Shown piece after piece: positions 14,983 to 23,966 of a stretch of 35,289 bases of DNA (positions are counted from its first letter, which is position 1; each line of letters starts with the position of its first letter). The notes under the pieces are model-generated. The model did no database searches. It was not told the origin of the DNA and worked only from the letters and a program-made list of their open reading frames with translations. The stretch lies in the IMG/VR virus record IMGVR_UViG_3300027963_000050; one strand, 5' to 3'. The position numbers were made by a program, and so were the translations under genes. The DNA comes from a virus. Its lineage: Duplodnaviria; Heunggongvirae; Uroviricota; Caudoviricetes.

Positions 14983-15882
14983 CTATTTCATTGTATAAAA
15001 GTAATCACTGATATCACCCCTTAAATCGGCAACATCGGCATCACCCGTTAATTTTATTATTTTAACTTTACCATATAATCTCCCACCATTTAAGTTGTGG
15101 AATAGTTTTACACCATCATTCCAAGCATCACTATCCAAACAAATAATTATGTTACCATTTGCTTTCTCGTATAATGTATTAAGTAATAACTCCGACATAT
15201 GTTTTCCCAACATAGCGATACTATTAGGTAGGAATATCGCATCAAACGCTCCTTCGCAAAGATGAATGTCGGCATTCCAATTAATTGTACTCTCAAAGAA
15301 AATTATCTCATCTTTTGATGCCTCAGGATTTTTGTATTTGGCTCTTGAGTTCGGGTCCCAACTTCGGGCAATAAAATAGTTTAACTCGTCCTTACTATCA
15401 TAAGAAGGAATTATTATCCTACCCGAGAACGCACCCTTATCACAGAATCCAATACCATACTTCTCAATAATCTTATCAGTTATTCCTCGTTGGGTTAAGT
15501 AATTGTACGCCTGACGACGAACCGGATAAACCAAACTACTATCTTTGAATTTGGTAAATCCTTCAGGTAATCTTAATTTAGTAACTCGTTTTTCTTTTGG
15601 TTTGTGATTTTCAGGTTGGAGTAGGTTGTATATTTTTTTCTGTTTCTTATTACCAAAAGTGTCTATAAGTTTCCCAAGAGGTCCTTTGGTGTTATTCTCA
15701 TCACCACAACTCCAACACTTATAAACGTGTTCAAAGTAATTCACCTCCATATTTCCTTTGTGCTGGTCTTCATCGCATACAGGACAGTCAAAAGATATTT
15801 GACCTTTTGACTCATAGTGAAGTTTTTCATCACCTAAGATATCGTGTAATATCTCCAATAAAATTTCCGCATCATCTGACAT
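14983..15882 (-). CDS. dnaG: DNA primase (Zn-binding + Toprim, DnaG/gp61-like)
   Basis: CPVC...CWSC zinc finger, YL..RGI, GRIIIP, Toprim CEGAFDA and LDSDA. Confidence 0.88.
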   Translation of the reverse strand: MSDDAEILLEILHDILGDEKLHYESKGQISFDCPVCDEDQHKGNMEVNYFEHVYKCWSCGDENNTKGPLGKLIDTFGNKKQKKIYNLLQPENHKPKEKRVTKLRLPEGFTKFKDSSLVYPVRRQAYNYLTQRGITDKIIEKYGIGFCDKGAFSGRIIIPSYDSKDELNYFIARSWDPNSRAKYKNPEASKDEIIFFESTINWNADIHLCEGAFDAIFLPNSIAMLGKHMSELLLNTLYEKANGNIIICLDSDAWNDGVKLFHNLNGGRLYGKVKIIKLTGDADVADLRGDISDYFYTMK

Positions 15883-15887
15883 ATAGG

Positions 15888-15918
15888 CAAAGATACGAAT
15901 AAAATTATTATTATCAAA
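15888..15918 (-). promoter_or_regulatory. Bacteroidota sigma-A-type promoter TTTG-N19-TATCTTTG heading the replication operon
   Basis: -33 TTTG at 15918-15915, -7 TATCTTTG at 15895-15888, ATG 5 nt downstream. Confidence 0.8.
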
Positions 15919-15943
15919 ACTTTATTAGTTTTTTAATCCTCCT

Positions 15944-15951
15944 ATATTTAT
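15944..15951 (+). promoter_or_regulatory. Putative late promoter motif ATATTTAT heading the plus-strand structural cluster
   Basis: 19 nt upstream of the ATG at 15971, divergent from the primase promoter. Confidence 0.55.
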
Positions 15952-15970
15952 TGGAATAACTTAAATCTAA

Positions 15971-16186
15971 ATGTCTACATTCATTAATATTAACGTAATC
16001 GCCGGCCAATCACCTTTTGATATCTACCTTTGTGATAACCCAATCACAAATTGTATATATATTGGCACCATTACTTCATTTCCATACGAATTTCAAATTC
16101 CTGTTGTAATTGAAGGTCAAAACGATTATACCTTAAAAGTTATTGATAATAATGGATGCGAATCCTTCAAAATTCTAACAACGTAA
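15971..16186 (+). CDS. Small beta-rich Cys-containing protein; stand-alone copy of the N-terminal module of 17764..20199
   Basis: 71 aa; the CD....NC and KV....GC pattern aligns by eye with the N-terminus of the 811-aa protein. Confidence 0.8.
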   Translation: MSTFININVIAGQSPFDIYLCDNPITNCIYIGTITSFPYEFQIPVVIEGQNDYTLKVIDNNGCESFKILTT

Positions 16187-16188
16187 TT

Positions 16189-17361
16189 ATGTCGTGTCCA
16201 TCATCAATATATTGTATTAGTAATACCGGAATACCTTTATATAACGATAGTTATGAAGATACTCTAACAAATTATAATGGTGTGCAATATTACACCGGTC
16301 AAACTAACGGATTATTTATTTACTATTCATCAGGTGACACACAATGGTGTTTGTCTGACACATTAGGTGGTACTTGTTTCTTATCAGGTAAATCACCTTG
16401 TTCAACAACTTGTCCTGACTTATGTGATGAATTATTTACTGTGGGAACTTGTCCCACACCAACACCAACACCAACAAATAATTGTGGTTCATTAGATTTC
16501 GCAGTTTTATTTGATTGTGATTTACCACCTACGCCTTCGGTTACACCAACTAGCACAGTAACACCAACAGTAACGGTAACACCAACATCAACAAATATTT
16601 GTCCCGTATCATTTATTGATGCAACAATATTTTCATTAAGTCCAACACCAACTAGAACCCCTACACCTACACCTACACCATCAAGAAATGTTGAAAGGGA
16701 TTGTACGTTTTCAGGAGCAGTATCTTTTGATATGATAAATGATGAAATTATTTGTCCATTTTCAAATGAATTCCAAGATTGTTTCTCCGATGGAATTAAA
16801 TATTTTACTTACGATTCAATTGAAAATCCTCAGGGGGGTCATATTCTTGAATTTCAGATTTTCAAAGCACTTGTAAACGGTCAAAGTAGATGTATACATT
16901 ATGTTGGTATTAACACCAACCCTCAAGAAATTTCAAGCATAACATTACTATCAGCCGGTTATGGTTTTTCAAATAGAGGAGAATGTCCAAATTGTAATAA
17001 CGTTAATACCCCAACACCAACATCAACACCAACAGTCACACCAACAATATCACTAACACCTAGTAACACACCACCAGTAACTCAAACACCGTCTATAACA
17101 CCAACAAATACACCAACACCATCTATAACACAAACGGTTACACCAACGGTTACACCAACAAGATTACCTTGTTTAGGGTATTTTCTTTCTGTAGAAAATC
17201 GCTCAGGTGAAAGTGCGAGTGTTACTTATTTAAATTGTTCAGGAGTTGGAGAAGTTACTGAAACTGTATATTGGGGTGGTAGTGTTGCATTTTGTGCCTC
17301 TCAAATTATTTCTGAATCTTTAGGAACATACGGAACTCTTTCCCCAACGGGTAATTGTTAA
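16189..17361 (+). CDS. Cys-rich, Pro/Thr-linker mosaic protein (putative virion fibre/decoration)
   Basis: Start reassigned to the ATG at 16189 (MSCPSS), 2 nt after the upstream stop; several TPTP tracts separate Cys-bracketed modules. Confidence 0.75.
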   Translation: MSCPSSIYCISNTGIPLYNDSYEDTLTNYNGVQYYTGQTNGLFIYYSSGDTQWCLSDTLGGTCFLSGKSPCSTTCPDLCDELFTVGTCPTPTPTPTNNCGSLDFAVLFDCDLPPTPSVTPTSTVTPTVTVTPTSTNICPVSFIDATIFSLSPTPTRTPTPTPTPSRNVERDCTFSGAVSFDMINDEIICPFSNEFQDCFSDGIKYFTYDSIENPQGGHILEFQIFKALVNGQSRCIHYVGINTNPQEISSITLLSAGYGFSNRGECPNCNNVNTPTPTSTPTVTPTISLTPSNTPPVTQTPSITPTNTPTPSITQTVTPTVTPTRLPCLGYFLSVENRSGESASVTYLNCSGVGEVTETVYWGGSVAFCASQIISESLGTYGTLSPTGNC

Positions 17362-17371
17362 CAATCAAATT

Positions 17372-17767
17372 ATGATTAATTTAATTAAAAGTATTGTTAA
17401 TACTAAAGATGATGTGGTATTTGTTGGTAGTACATATTTATGGTACTTAAATTTAATAAAAAAAGCTAACGATATAGATATTGTTGTTAATGATTTAAAC
17501 GGATTAGAAGTTTTTGGAGAAATAACTACTTGGGAAACAACATCACCAATGAGTTTAAGCGGGAAAAGAGCGCATATTAAACGAGATGATTATAGTATAG
17601 ATATTTTTATTGAGCCTATATTACCAAAATTTAATATAATTGATGGTATTAAATTTAGAACAATAGAAGATTACAAATTATTTATTGATTCACTAATTGA
17701 ATTAACTGAAGGTGAGTTTAAAAATAGAATGATTGATAAAAAGAGATTATTAGATTCAATAATATGA
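17372..17767 (+). CDS. Minimal nucleotidyltransferase (Pol-beta superfamily)-like protein
   Basis: FVGS (17420-17431) followed by NDIDIVV (DxD at 17471-17479) and a later acidic strand (IDIF); ATGA overlap with the next gene. Confidence 0.6.
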   Translation: MINLIKSIVNTKDDVVFVGSTYLWYLNLIKKANDIDIVVNDLNGLEVFGEITTWETTSPMSLSGKRAHIKRDDYSIDIFIEPILPKFNIIDGIKFRTIEDYKLFIDSLIELTEGEFKNRMIDKKRLLDSII

Positions 17768-20199
17768 GAGTAATAGAAATTCCATTAATATCGGGTTTAA
17801 CTAACCCATATTTCGTTCAAGTTTGTGATGTGTATGGTAGTAATTGTGCATTATTATCTCAAATTTTTACCACAGTACCACCAACAACCACAATCTATCT
17901 TCCACCTCAATTTGAATCATCTCCATCAGTTATGGTTAAAGTATCCACCTTAGATGGTTGTGTAAAATCTAGAATTGTTGATTGTATTAGTGTTACCCCT
18001 ATTATTGTGGATTGCGTTAGTTATGTTACCACCGGAAGTACAGATATATTTAAATATAACATTGATACTAATGTTTTAACCCTTTTAACATTTCCTTCAC
18101 TACCATCAATAGGTGATATTGCCAATAATTATAATAAATTTTGGATAACCGATATTAATAATCCTCAAACAATAACAGAATATTATATTAACCCATCACC
18201 GTTTGTTGCCGTATATAATAGAATATTATCCCCATCACAACCTTTATTGGGACTATGTGTTAAAGACGATAATACTTTAATTTCAACAATAACCGGAGTA
18301 AGTATTGGTGATTCATATATTATTGTTGAAGCAGACATATCAGGAAGTGTTCCTACAATAACTAATAAATTTTCATTACCGGGAACAGGTAGAGTTCTTG
18401 GTGGTGATTTATTCTATTTTCCATCAACAAATAAATTATTTGTTTCAAATATAAATGGTGGTAATACGTATTTAACCCAATATAACTATACCACAGGTGT
18501 TGTTGAATATGATACAATCATTAGTCCGTCAATCAACGGAGTTTACGGATTATCATCAAAGAATGATAACCTTTATTTATTTGAATACTCAACAGGAAAA
18601 GTTTATCGCCTTGATGATATAACAATACCAACCTTTACATTAGTTCAAACAACAATTCCGGGTGTCGGAGCCGCATCATCGGATGTTAGTTGTGTAACAC
18701 CACCACCATCTTTTATATCGGTATGGAGAACAACAGGTTCATCTGAATCAATTACGTTACCTTATTATTCAACAGGGACATATAGTGGAACCATAGATTG
18801 GGGCGACGGAAATTTTTCCGCCAATACTTACGCAAACAGAACACACACATACTCATTTGCCGGTGACTATATTGTCACAGTTTATGGTGTACTTGATGGT
18901 TGGTCATTCTATAATGGAACTAGACCTGAAGGTGTGGATAAATTAAAAATTAGAGAAGTTTTAAAATGGGGTCCTTGGAAAAGTGTTCACGAAGCAACAT
19001 TTTGGGGATGTACTAATCTAACATTATTAAATGTTGTAGATACACCTGATTTATCCGGTTCAATTAATTTAACTTATATGTTTGCAGGTTGTTCGTCAAT
19101 CACCACAATTAATAACTTAAATTCTTGGGTTGTAACTAATACTAACACATTTGAAGGAATGTTCTTAAATTGTTCACAATTTAATAGTGTTGTATCTAAT
19201 TGGGATGTTTCAAACTCCGATAACTTCTATAATATGTTCGGATTCTGTACCCTATTTAATAATGGTCTATCATCCGGAACTTCAGGTAGTGGAATGAATA
19301 ATTGGGATGTTTCTTTTGCAAATACAACTAGACGTATGTTTGTTGGATGTCAATCATTTAACCAACTTATTTCATCTTGGGATGTATCAAACGTTACTAA
19401 TATGGAAAGTATGTTTAACGAGTGTTTTGTGTTTAACCAACCTTTATCTAATTGGGAAAGAACTACACCAACAACTTCCACACTATCAAATGTTCAAACT
19501 ATGTCACAAATGTTTTCCAACACTTATATATTTAATCAAAATATTAATAATTGGGATGTGAGTAGTGTTCAAACTATGTTAGGAATGTTTGAAGAATCTC
19601 GTCTATTTAATCAACCTTTAGATAATTGGGACACATCTTTAGTACAAGATATGTCAGGAATGTTTAGAAGAGCCGGTGGTGGAGGAGGAACAATGGTATT
19701 TAATCAAAATATTGGAAGTTGGGACACATCTTCAGTTACAAATATGTCAACTATGTTTCAAAATTCTGACGCATTTAATAATGATAGTAGTTCAGACATT
19801 AATAATTGGATAACGTCAGGAGTTACAAATATGAGTAATATGTTTTATAACTCAACATTATTTAATCAACCAATAGGAAATTGGAATGTTTCAAATGTTA
19901 CAAATATGGGAGCAATGTTCTTTAATTCAACAGCTTTTGACCAAAATATAGGTGGATGGAATGTTAGTGGGGTTACCAACTTCACCGACTTTATGTCATT
20001 TAAAACATTCACAGATTACTCAACAACGAATCTTAACTCAATTTATAATGGATGGAGTTCTTTACCAACATTAACCTACGGTATTAATATTAATTTTGGG
20101 TCAATTAAATATACTTTATCCGGACAATCAGGTAAAAATCAATTAGAAGGGACCTCTATTGGTCAGTATGGTTGGGTAATAACTGACGGTGGAATTTAA
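17764..20199 (+). CDS. Mosaic adhesin-like protein: N-terminal small module, beta-propeller-like region, PKD-like domain, DUF285/BspA-type LRR repeats
   Basis: TIDWGDG PKD-like motif; about 8-10 W(D/N)(V/T)S.VTNM..MF repeats; C-terminal YNGWS...GWVITDGG cap typical of Bacteroidota BspA-family proteins. Confidence 0.85.
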   Translation: MRVIEIPLISGLTNPYFVQVCDVYGSNCALLSQIFTTVPPTTTIYLPPQFESSPSVMVKVSTLDGCVKSRIVDCISVTPIIVDCVSYVTTGSTDIFKYNIDTNVLTLLTFPSLPSIGDIANNYNKFWITDINNPQTITEYYINPSPFVAVYNRILSPSQPLLGLCVKDDNTLISTITGVSIGDSYIIVEADISGSVPTITNKFSLPGTGRVLGGDLFYFPSTNKLFVSNINGGNTYLTQYNYTTGVVEYDTIISPSINGVYGLSSKNDNLYLFEYSTGKVYRLDDITIPTFTLVQTTIPGVGAASSDVSCVTPPPSFISVWRTTGSSESITLPYYSTGTYSGTIDWGDGNFSANTYANRTHTYSFAGDYIVTVYGVLDGWSFYNGTRPEGVDKLKIREVLKWGPWKSVHEATFWGCTNLTLLNVVDTPDLSGSINLTYMFAGCSSITTINNLNSWVVTNTNTFEGMFLNCSQFNSVVSNWDVSNSDNFYNMFGFCTLFNNGLSSGTSGSGMNNWDVSFANTTRRMFVGCQSFNQLISSWDVSNVTNMESMFNECFVFNQPLSNWERTTPTTSTLSNVQTMSQMFSNTYIFNQNINNWDVSSVQTMLGMFEESRLFNQPLDNWDTSLVQDMSGMFRRAGGGGGTMVFNQNIGSWDTSSVTNMSTMFQNSDAFNNDSSSDINNWITSGVTNMSNMFYNSTLFNQPIGNWNVSNVTNMGAMFFNSTAFDQNIGGWNVSGVTNFTDFMSFKTFTDYSTTNLNSIYNGWSSLPTLTYGININFGSIKYTLSGQSGKNQLEGTSIGQYGWVITDGGI
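19000..20000 (+). repeat. DUF285/BspA-type ~25-aa coding repeats
   Basis: Recurring (N/S)W(D/N)(V/T)S..(T/Q)(N/T)M..MF units. Confidence 0.85.
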
Positions 20200-20378
20200 T
20201 TAGTTAATTTCTTAGGTGTTTTACTCAAATTTTCATATATCCTTAGAAGTTTTAAGGACTCGTAATAATTTTTTTCCAATCTATCAAGTTCCCTTTCCGG
20301 AACACCTTTGTCACAAGCAAGTTCATAAGCCTCTTTGGCTTCAGTCACGACATTTGATATTGTATCTATAAGTTTCAT
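20196..20378 (-). CDS. Small helical hypothetical protein, opposite strand to its neighbours
   Basis: ATG at 20378 ([13 protein letters not shown]) preferred over the track's 20393 start; TATTTATA 3 nt upstream; stop overlaps the stop of 17764..20199. Confidence 0.75.
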   Translation of the reverse strand: MKLIDTISNVVTEAKEAYELACDKGVPERELDRLEKNYYESLKLLRIYENLSKTPKKLTN

Positions 20379-20381
20379 ATC

Positions 20382-20479
20382 TATAAATATCACCTAACTC
20401 ACCATTTATTAACGTAGTTTATGAATTATATTTATAGTAAAATAAAAAAAAATCAAATTTTTGATTATTTATAGTAAAA
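20382..20479. promoter_or_regulatory. Divergent late-motif region: one TATTTATA on minus (20382-20389) and a 14-bp direct repeat TATTTATAGTAAAA on plus (20429-20442, 20466-20479)
   Basis: Seen directly; a near-palindrome AATCAAATTTTTGATT (20451-20466) lies between the two plus-strand copies. Confidence 0.65.
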
Positions 20480-20489
20480 AGAAAAACTA

Positions 20490-22616
20490 ATGGCTTGTAA
20501 CTGCTACTTAATACAAAACGATTCACCAACTTCATACGGTTATTTTAACTATAAAGACTGTAATACAGGGATATGGTCGGGAGAAATTGAAGTACCACCT
20601 GCACAACCTGAAACTACAGGCCCTACAATTGTATATTACTGTTCGTTAGAAACTCCTATTGACGGTTCGGCGGAAGGTTTAATAATTAGCCCATCCGTAT
20701 CAAGTTTTTGTGGTGGATGTGTTTGTACTTGTGACACATTTATAGGATTTTATTATAAAGCAGGACCCGGCGTTGCCAATATTAATTATACAGATTGTAA
20801 TAACAATCCACAAACCGTTACAGTTAGTGTTGGACCTCAAACCGGTCCTCCCGGTGGTCAAACATTATATTTATTTAGTGAAAGTATCAACAATATTCCC
20901 GAACCTTGTGTTAAACACGGAACCACAATAACTAGAACAATTATTAGTGGTAGTTTAAACGCATTTAACCCCCAATTAGAAGGTTGTTGTGCAATATCAT
21001 ACGCAACTTTTTTAGTTGCAGATTGTTGTGAGATAAAACCCGATGGTTATATGTCTTTACCCAACACACTTACTGTTGGTCAAGTGGTTGGTTCTTCAAC
21101 AGACAATAATTGTTATATAATTATTGATGTCGCAGAAGCAATACCAACATTAGATTGGGATGGTACTGAATTTCTATCACTTAACGGATGTCAAGATTGC
21201 CAATTACAAAACCAATATTTGTGTCCACAAGACCCACCAACACCCACACCAACTAAAACACCAACACCAACACCAACTCTAACTCCAACTATAACACCTA
21301 GTGTAACCCCAACCCAAACACCTCAAAGTAATACAATATATTTTCAAAAATGTTGTACACCATCAAAATATATTGGTGTTAATAATTATAACGGGTTACC
21401 TATACCACAAAATTCGTCAGTCTCAATTACAGTAAATAATAATACATTTTGTGTTAAATTAATACCAACAAAACCTCAAAACGTAATACTATACGATTAC
21501 AATAATGTTGAGCTAGTAAGTTTTAATAGTTGTTCAGATTGTTATAATGAGCATCCTTGTCCTCCTGCCCCATCAAAACAAATTATGGGATACGAAAATG
21601 AATGTGGTGTAATTACAATTTTTCCATTGGAACTTGAATGTAAGAGTATAAACCCATCTTCTATCACAGCAAACGATGGTATGGTATCGGTAAGTATTAC
21701 CGGAGGAACACCTCCTTATAAATATTATTGGTCAGGTCCCGGTATTGGTGAAACTAATAATAACTCAGCAGCAATTGAATACGTACATATTGGTGATTAT
21801 ACCGTTACTGTTGTTGATTTTTACGGAGATTTTACCGCAACAACAGTTTGTACTATAACCGCAGAAAAAGATTGTGCGTTTAGTGGTACTGTTGTAGAAT
21901 TTATACCACCAACACCAACACCTACCCCTACTCAAACAAAACCACCACAACCGTGTAACTGTAAAGAGGGGACTATTTATATTGGACAAGCGGATTTAGA
22001 CGCGTCAGAAGATTCAACAGTATATCTTAGTTTTACTGAGTGTACTAACTCAATACAATCTTCCGCTAAAATTATTGGTGGATATCCATTTACCACTTCA
22101 GGTCAATCTGATTATAACCCTTGTATTGATATTACAACAGGTGCTATTGTACCATCATTATTCATTATGGTTAATGGTTCTCCTCAAACATTACCATCTA
22201 ATGCAGATTCATATATCACGTTAGGTAATTGTTGTACACCTCCACCACTTCTTAAAAACTATAGTTGTGTTGTTGGTGTATGTACTCTTGTAGAAACAGG
22301 AACAGGTGATTACATTTCTTCTAATTGCGATAATCAATGTGGTTTAACATATAAAAGTTGGAATGTTACTTGGAGTTTTAACACTAAGTGTGAACAATTT
22401 GACATTTGTTCATTACAAGGCTCAACTCCATTAACAGTGTACACTAATAGTTCTGTTAATAGTTGGAATAATGGTGATTTAGTTTACACTGATTCATTGT
22501 TATCAAATCAAATTCAATCCGGTAGATACTATCAAAATCAAGGTCATCTATGGACTTACGGACCAACAGGATTACAATGTTTTTGTATAATTGGTAATAC
22601 ACCTTGTAGTTGTTAA
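20490..22616 (+). CDS. Very Cys-rich mosaic protein with PT linkers and one SprB-like repeat (putative virion fibre/adhesin)
   Basis: About 44 Cys in 708 aa by manual count; TPTP tracts; DG.VSVSITGGTPPYKYYW...GDYTVTVVD SprB-like unit. Confidence 0.75.
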   Translation: MACNCYLIQNDSPTSYGYFNYKDCNTGIWSGEIEVPPAQPETTGPTIVYYCSLETPIDGSAEGLIISPSVSSFCGGCVCTCDTFIGFYYKAGPGVANINYTDCNNNPQTVTVSVGPQTGPPGGQTLYLFSESINNIPEPCVKHGTTITRTIISGSLNAFNPQLEGCCAISYATFLVADCCEIKPDGYMSLPNTLTVGQVVGSSTDNNCYIIIDVAEAIPTLDWDGTEFLSLNGCQDCQLQNQYLCPQDPPTPTPTKTPTPTPTLTPTITPSVTPTQTPQSNTIYFQKCCTPSKYIGVNNYNGLPIPQNSSVSITVNNNTFCVKLIPTKPQNVILYDYNNVELVSFNSCSDCYNEHPCPPAPSKQIMGYENECGVITIFPLELECKSINPSSITANDGMVSVSITGGTPPYKYYWSGPGIGETNNNSAAIEYVHIGDYTVTVVDFYGDFTATTVCTITAEKDCAFSGTVVEFIPPTPTPTPTQTKPPQPCNCKEGTIYIGQADLDASEDSTVYLSFTECTNSIQSSAKIIGGYPFTTSGQSDYNPCIDITTGAIVPSLFIMVNGSPQTLPSNADSYITLGNCCTPPPLLKNYSCVVGVCTLVETGTGDYISSNCDNQCGLTYKSWNVTWSFNTKCEQFDICSLQGSTPLTVYTNSSVNSWNNGDLVYTDSLLSNQIQSGRYYQNQGHLWTYGPTGLQCFCIIGNTPCSC

Positions 22617-22638
22617 TAACCTAAAATAAAAATAAAAA

Positions 22639-23931
22639 ATGAGTAGATATTATAACGTACATATAACAGCAGGATTCACGTCACCAGGTCCATATACCAT
22701 ATATTGGAGTACGGTATCATCCGGTAGTATTGCAACAATATATGGGACATCCTTACCCGCAAGTGGTTTGACTTTACAACAACTTACCGGAACAACCGGT
22801 ATTAATGTTATGGTTCCAGATTCAACCACGTCTATTATTTTATATAATACGTATTGCAATCAACCACAATATTTTAACGCCACACCAACAGAAAAACTTT
22901 ACGACTTCTGTATGAACATATTAATTCTAGACACAAGTAACAATACAATCCACTTTAATCCGAACGGTGTTGATAATAACGGAAAAAATAAATGGATTTC
23001 TGATGACACAGTATATCAAATTGTTTGGAGTACTTCCCTAAATAAATGGGAGTTACAAACTTGGCCTTGTCTTGGTAGTATTTGTCCAATAATAACATCA
23101 ACATCCTCTTATCCACCTTTAACAAATTGGACAATTAGTGGGTTACAGGGAACAGTAACAGTAACCGAAGGTGTGTGTTCACCATCAACATATTTAAAAC
23201 AAATTAATTCGTCAAATAGTGTTAACCAACCTAAATGTGGATGTGATGGTAATATTGTAATTAACACAAAAAACTTAAGTAATACTGTACCTCCATACAC
23301 ATATTCTATTGATAATGGTTTAACATACAGTAATTCACCATTTTTTAATAATTTGTGTACCGGAATCTATAATATAAAAATTAAAGATTCGTATAACTAT
23401 ATTATTGGTAACGTTGCAACATTAAATGAACCAACACCACCAACAACGTATTCAATCTCATTAAGTACTACAAACACAACAATAACAAACACGACATACA
23501 CATTAACTAAAGAATATAAAACAACAATTAATATAACACCACCATTACCTGATGGAGTTACATTATCATTTGATTTAATACATAACAATAATTTTAATTC
23601 ATCACCAAACAATAATACATCAACAATAAGTACAAATACATCATTTGATAAAAACAACACTCTTATAGTTCGTGATAGTTATTCAACAACAACAGGAACA
23701 ACAGTTAATTTTAAACCTAGTTGTCAAGATTTATTAGTTTATCAAACAGGTAGAACTGAAAGTTGGATTTCTCAAACAATTACAAATACCGACACAATAA
23801 TCATTACAACATCAACAAGTGTCACTAAATCAGAATATGAACTTTGTACTGTTGGTGAGAGCGCGGACACCTATTCATTATTAAACGCAAATATAAGTGG
23901 TTGTGATTGTTGTAATATTATTATAACTTAA
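22639..23931 (+). CDS. Thr-rich beta-sandwich mosaic protein with a SprB-like unit (putative structural)
   Basis: 430 aa; CGCDGNIVI...PPYTYSIDNG...TGIYNIKIKDS unit. Confidence 0.7.
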   Translation: MSRYYNVHITAGFTSPGPYTIYWSTVSSGSIATIYGTSLPASGLTLQQLTGTTGINVMVPDSTTSIILYNTYCNQPQYFNATPTEKLYDFCMNILILDTSNNTIHFNPNGVDNNGKNKWISDDTVYQIVWSTSLNKWELQTWPCLGSICPIITSTSSYPPLTNWTISGLQGTVTVTEGVCSPSTYLKQINSSNSVNQPKCGCDGNIVINTKNLSNTVPPYTYSIDNGLTYSNSPFFNNLCTGIYNIKIKDSYNYIIGNVATLNEPTPPTTYSISLSTTNTTITNTTYTLTKEYKTTINITPPLPDGVTLSFDLIHNNNFNSSPNNNTSTISTNTSFDKNNTLIVRDSYSTTTGTTVNFKPSCQDLLVYQTGRTESWISQTITNTDTIIITTSTSVTKSEYELCTVGESADTYSLLNANISGCDCCNIIIT

Positions 23932-23954
23932 AACAACACAAAAAGAAAAAAACA

Positions 23955-23962
23955 ATATTTAT
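23955..23962 (+). promoter_or_regulatory. Putative late promoter motif ATATTTAT
   Basis: 4 nt upstream of the ATG at 23967. Confidence 0.55.
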
Positions 23963-23966
23963 CATT

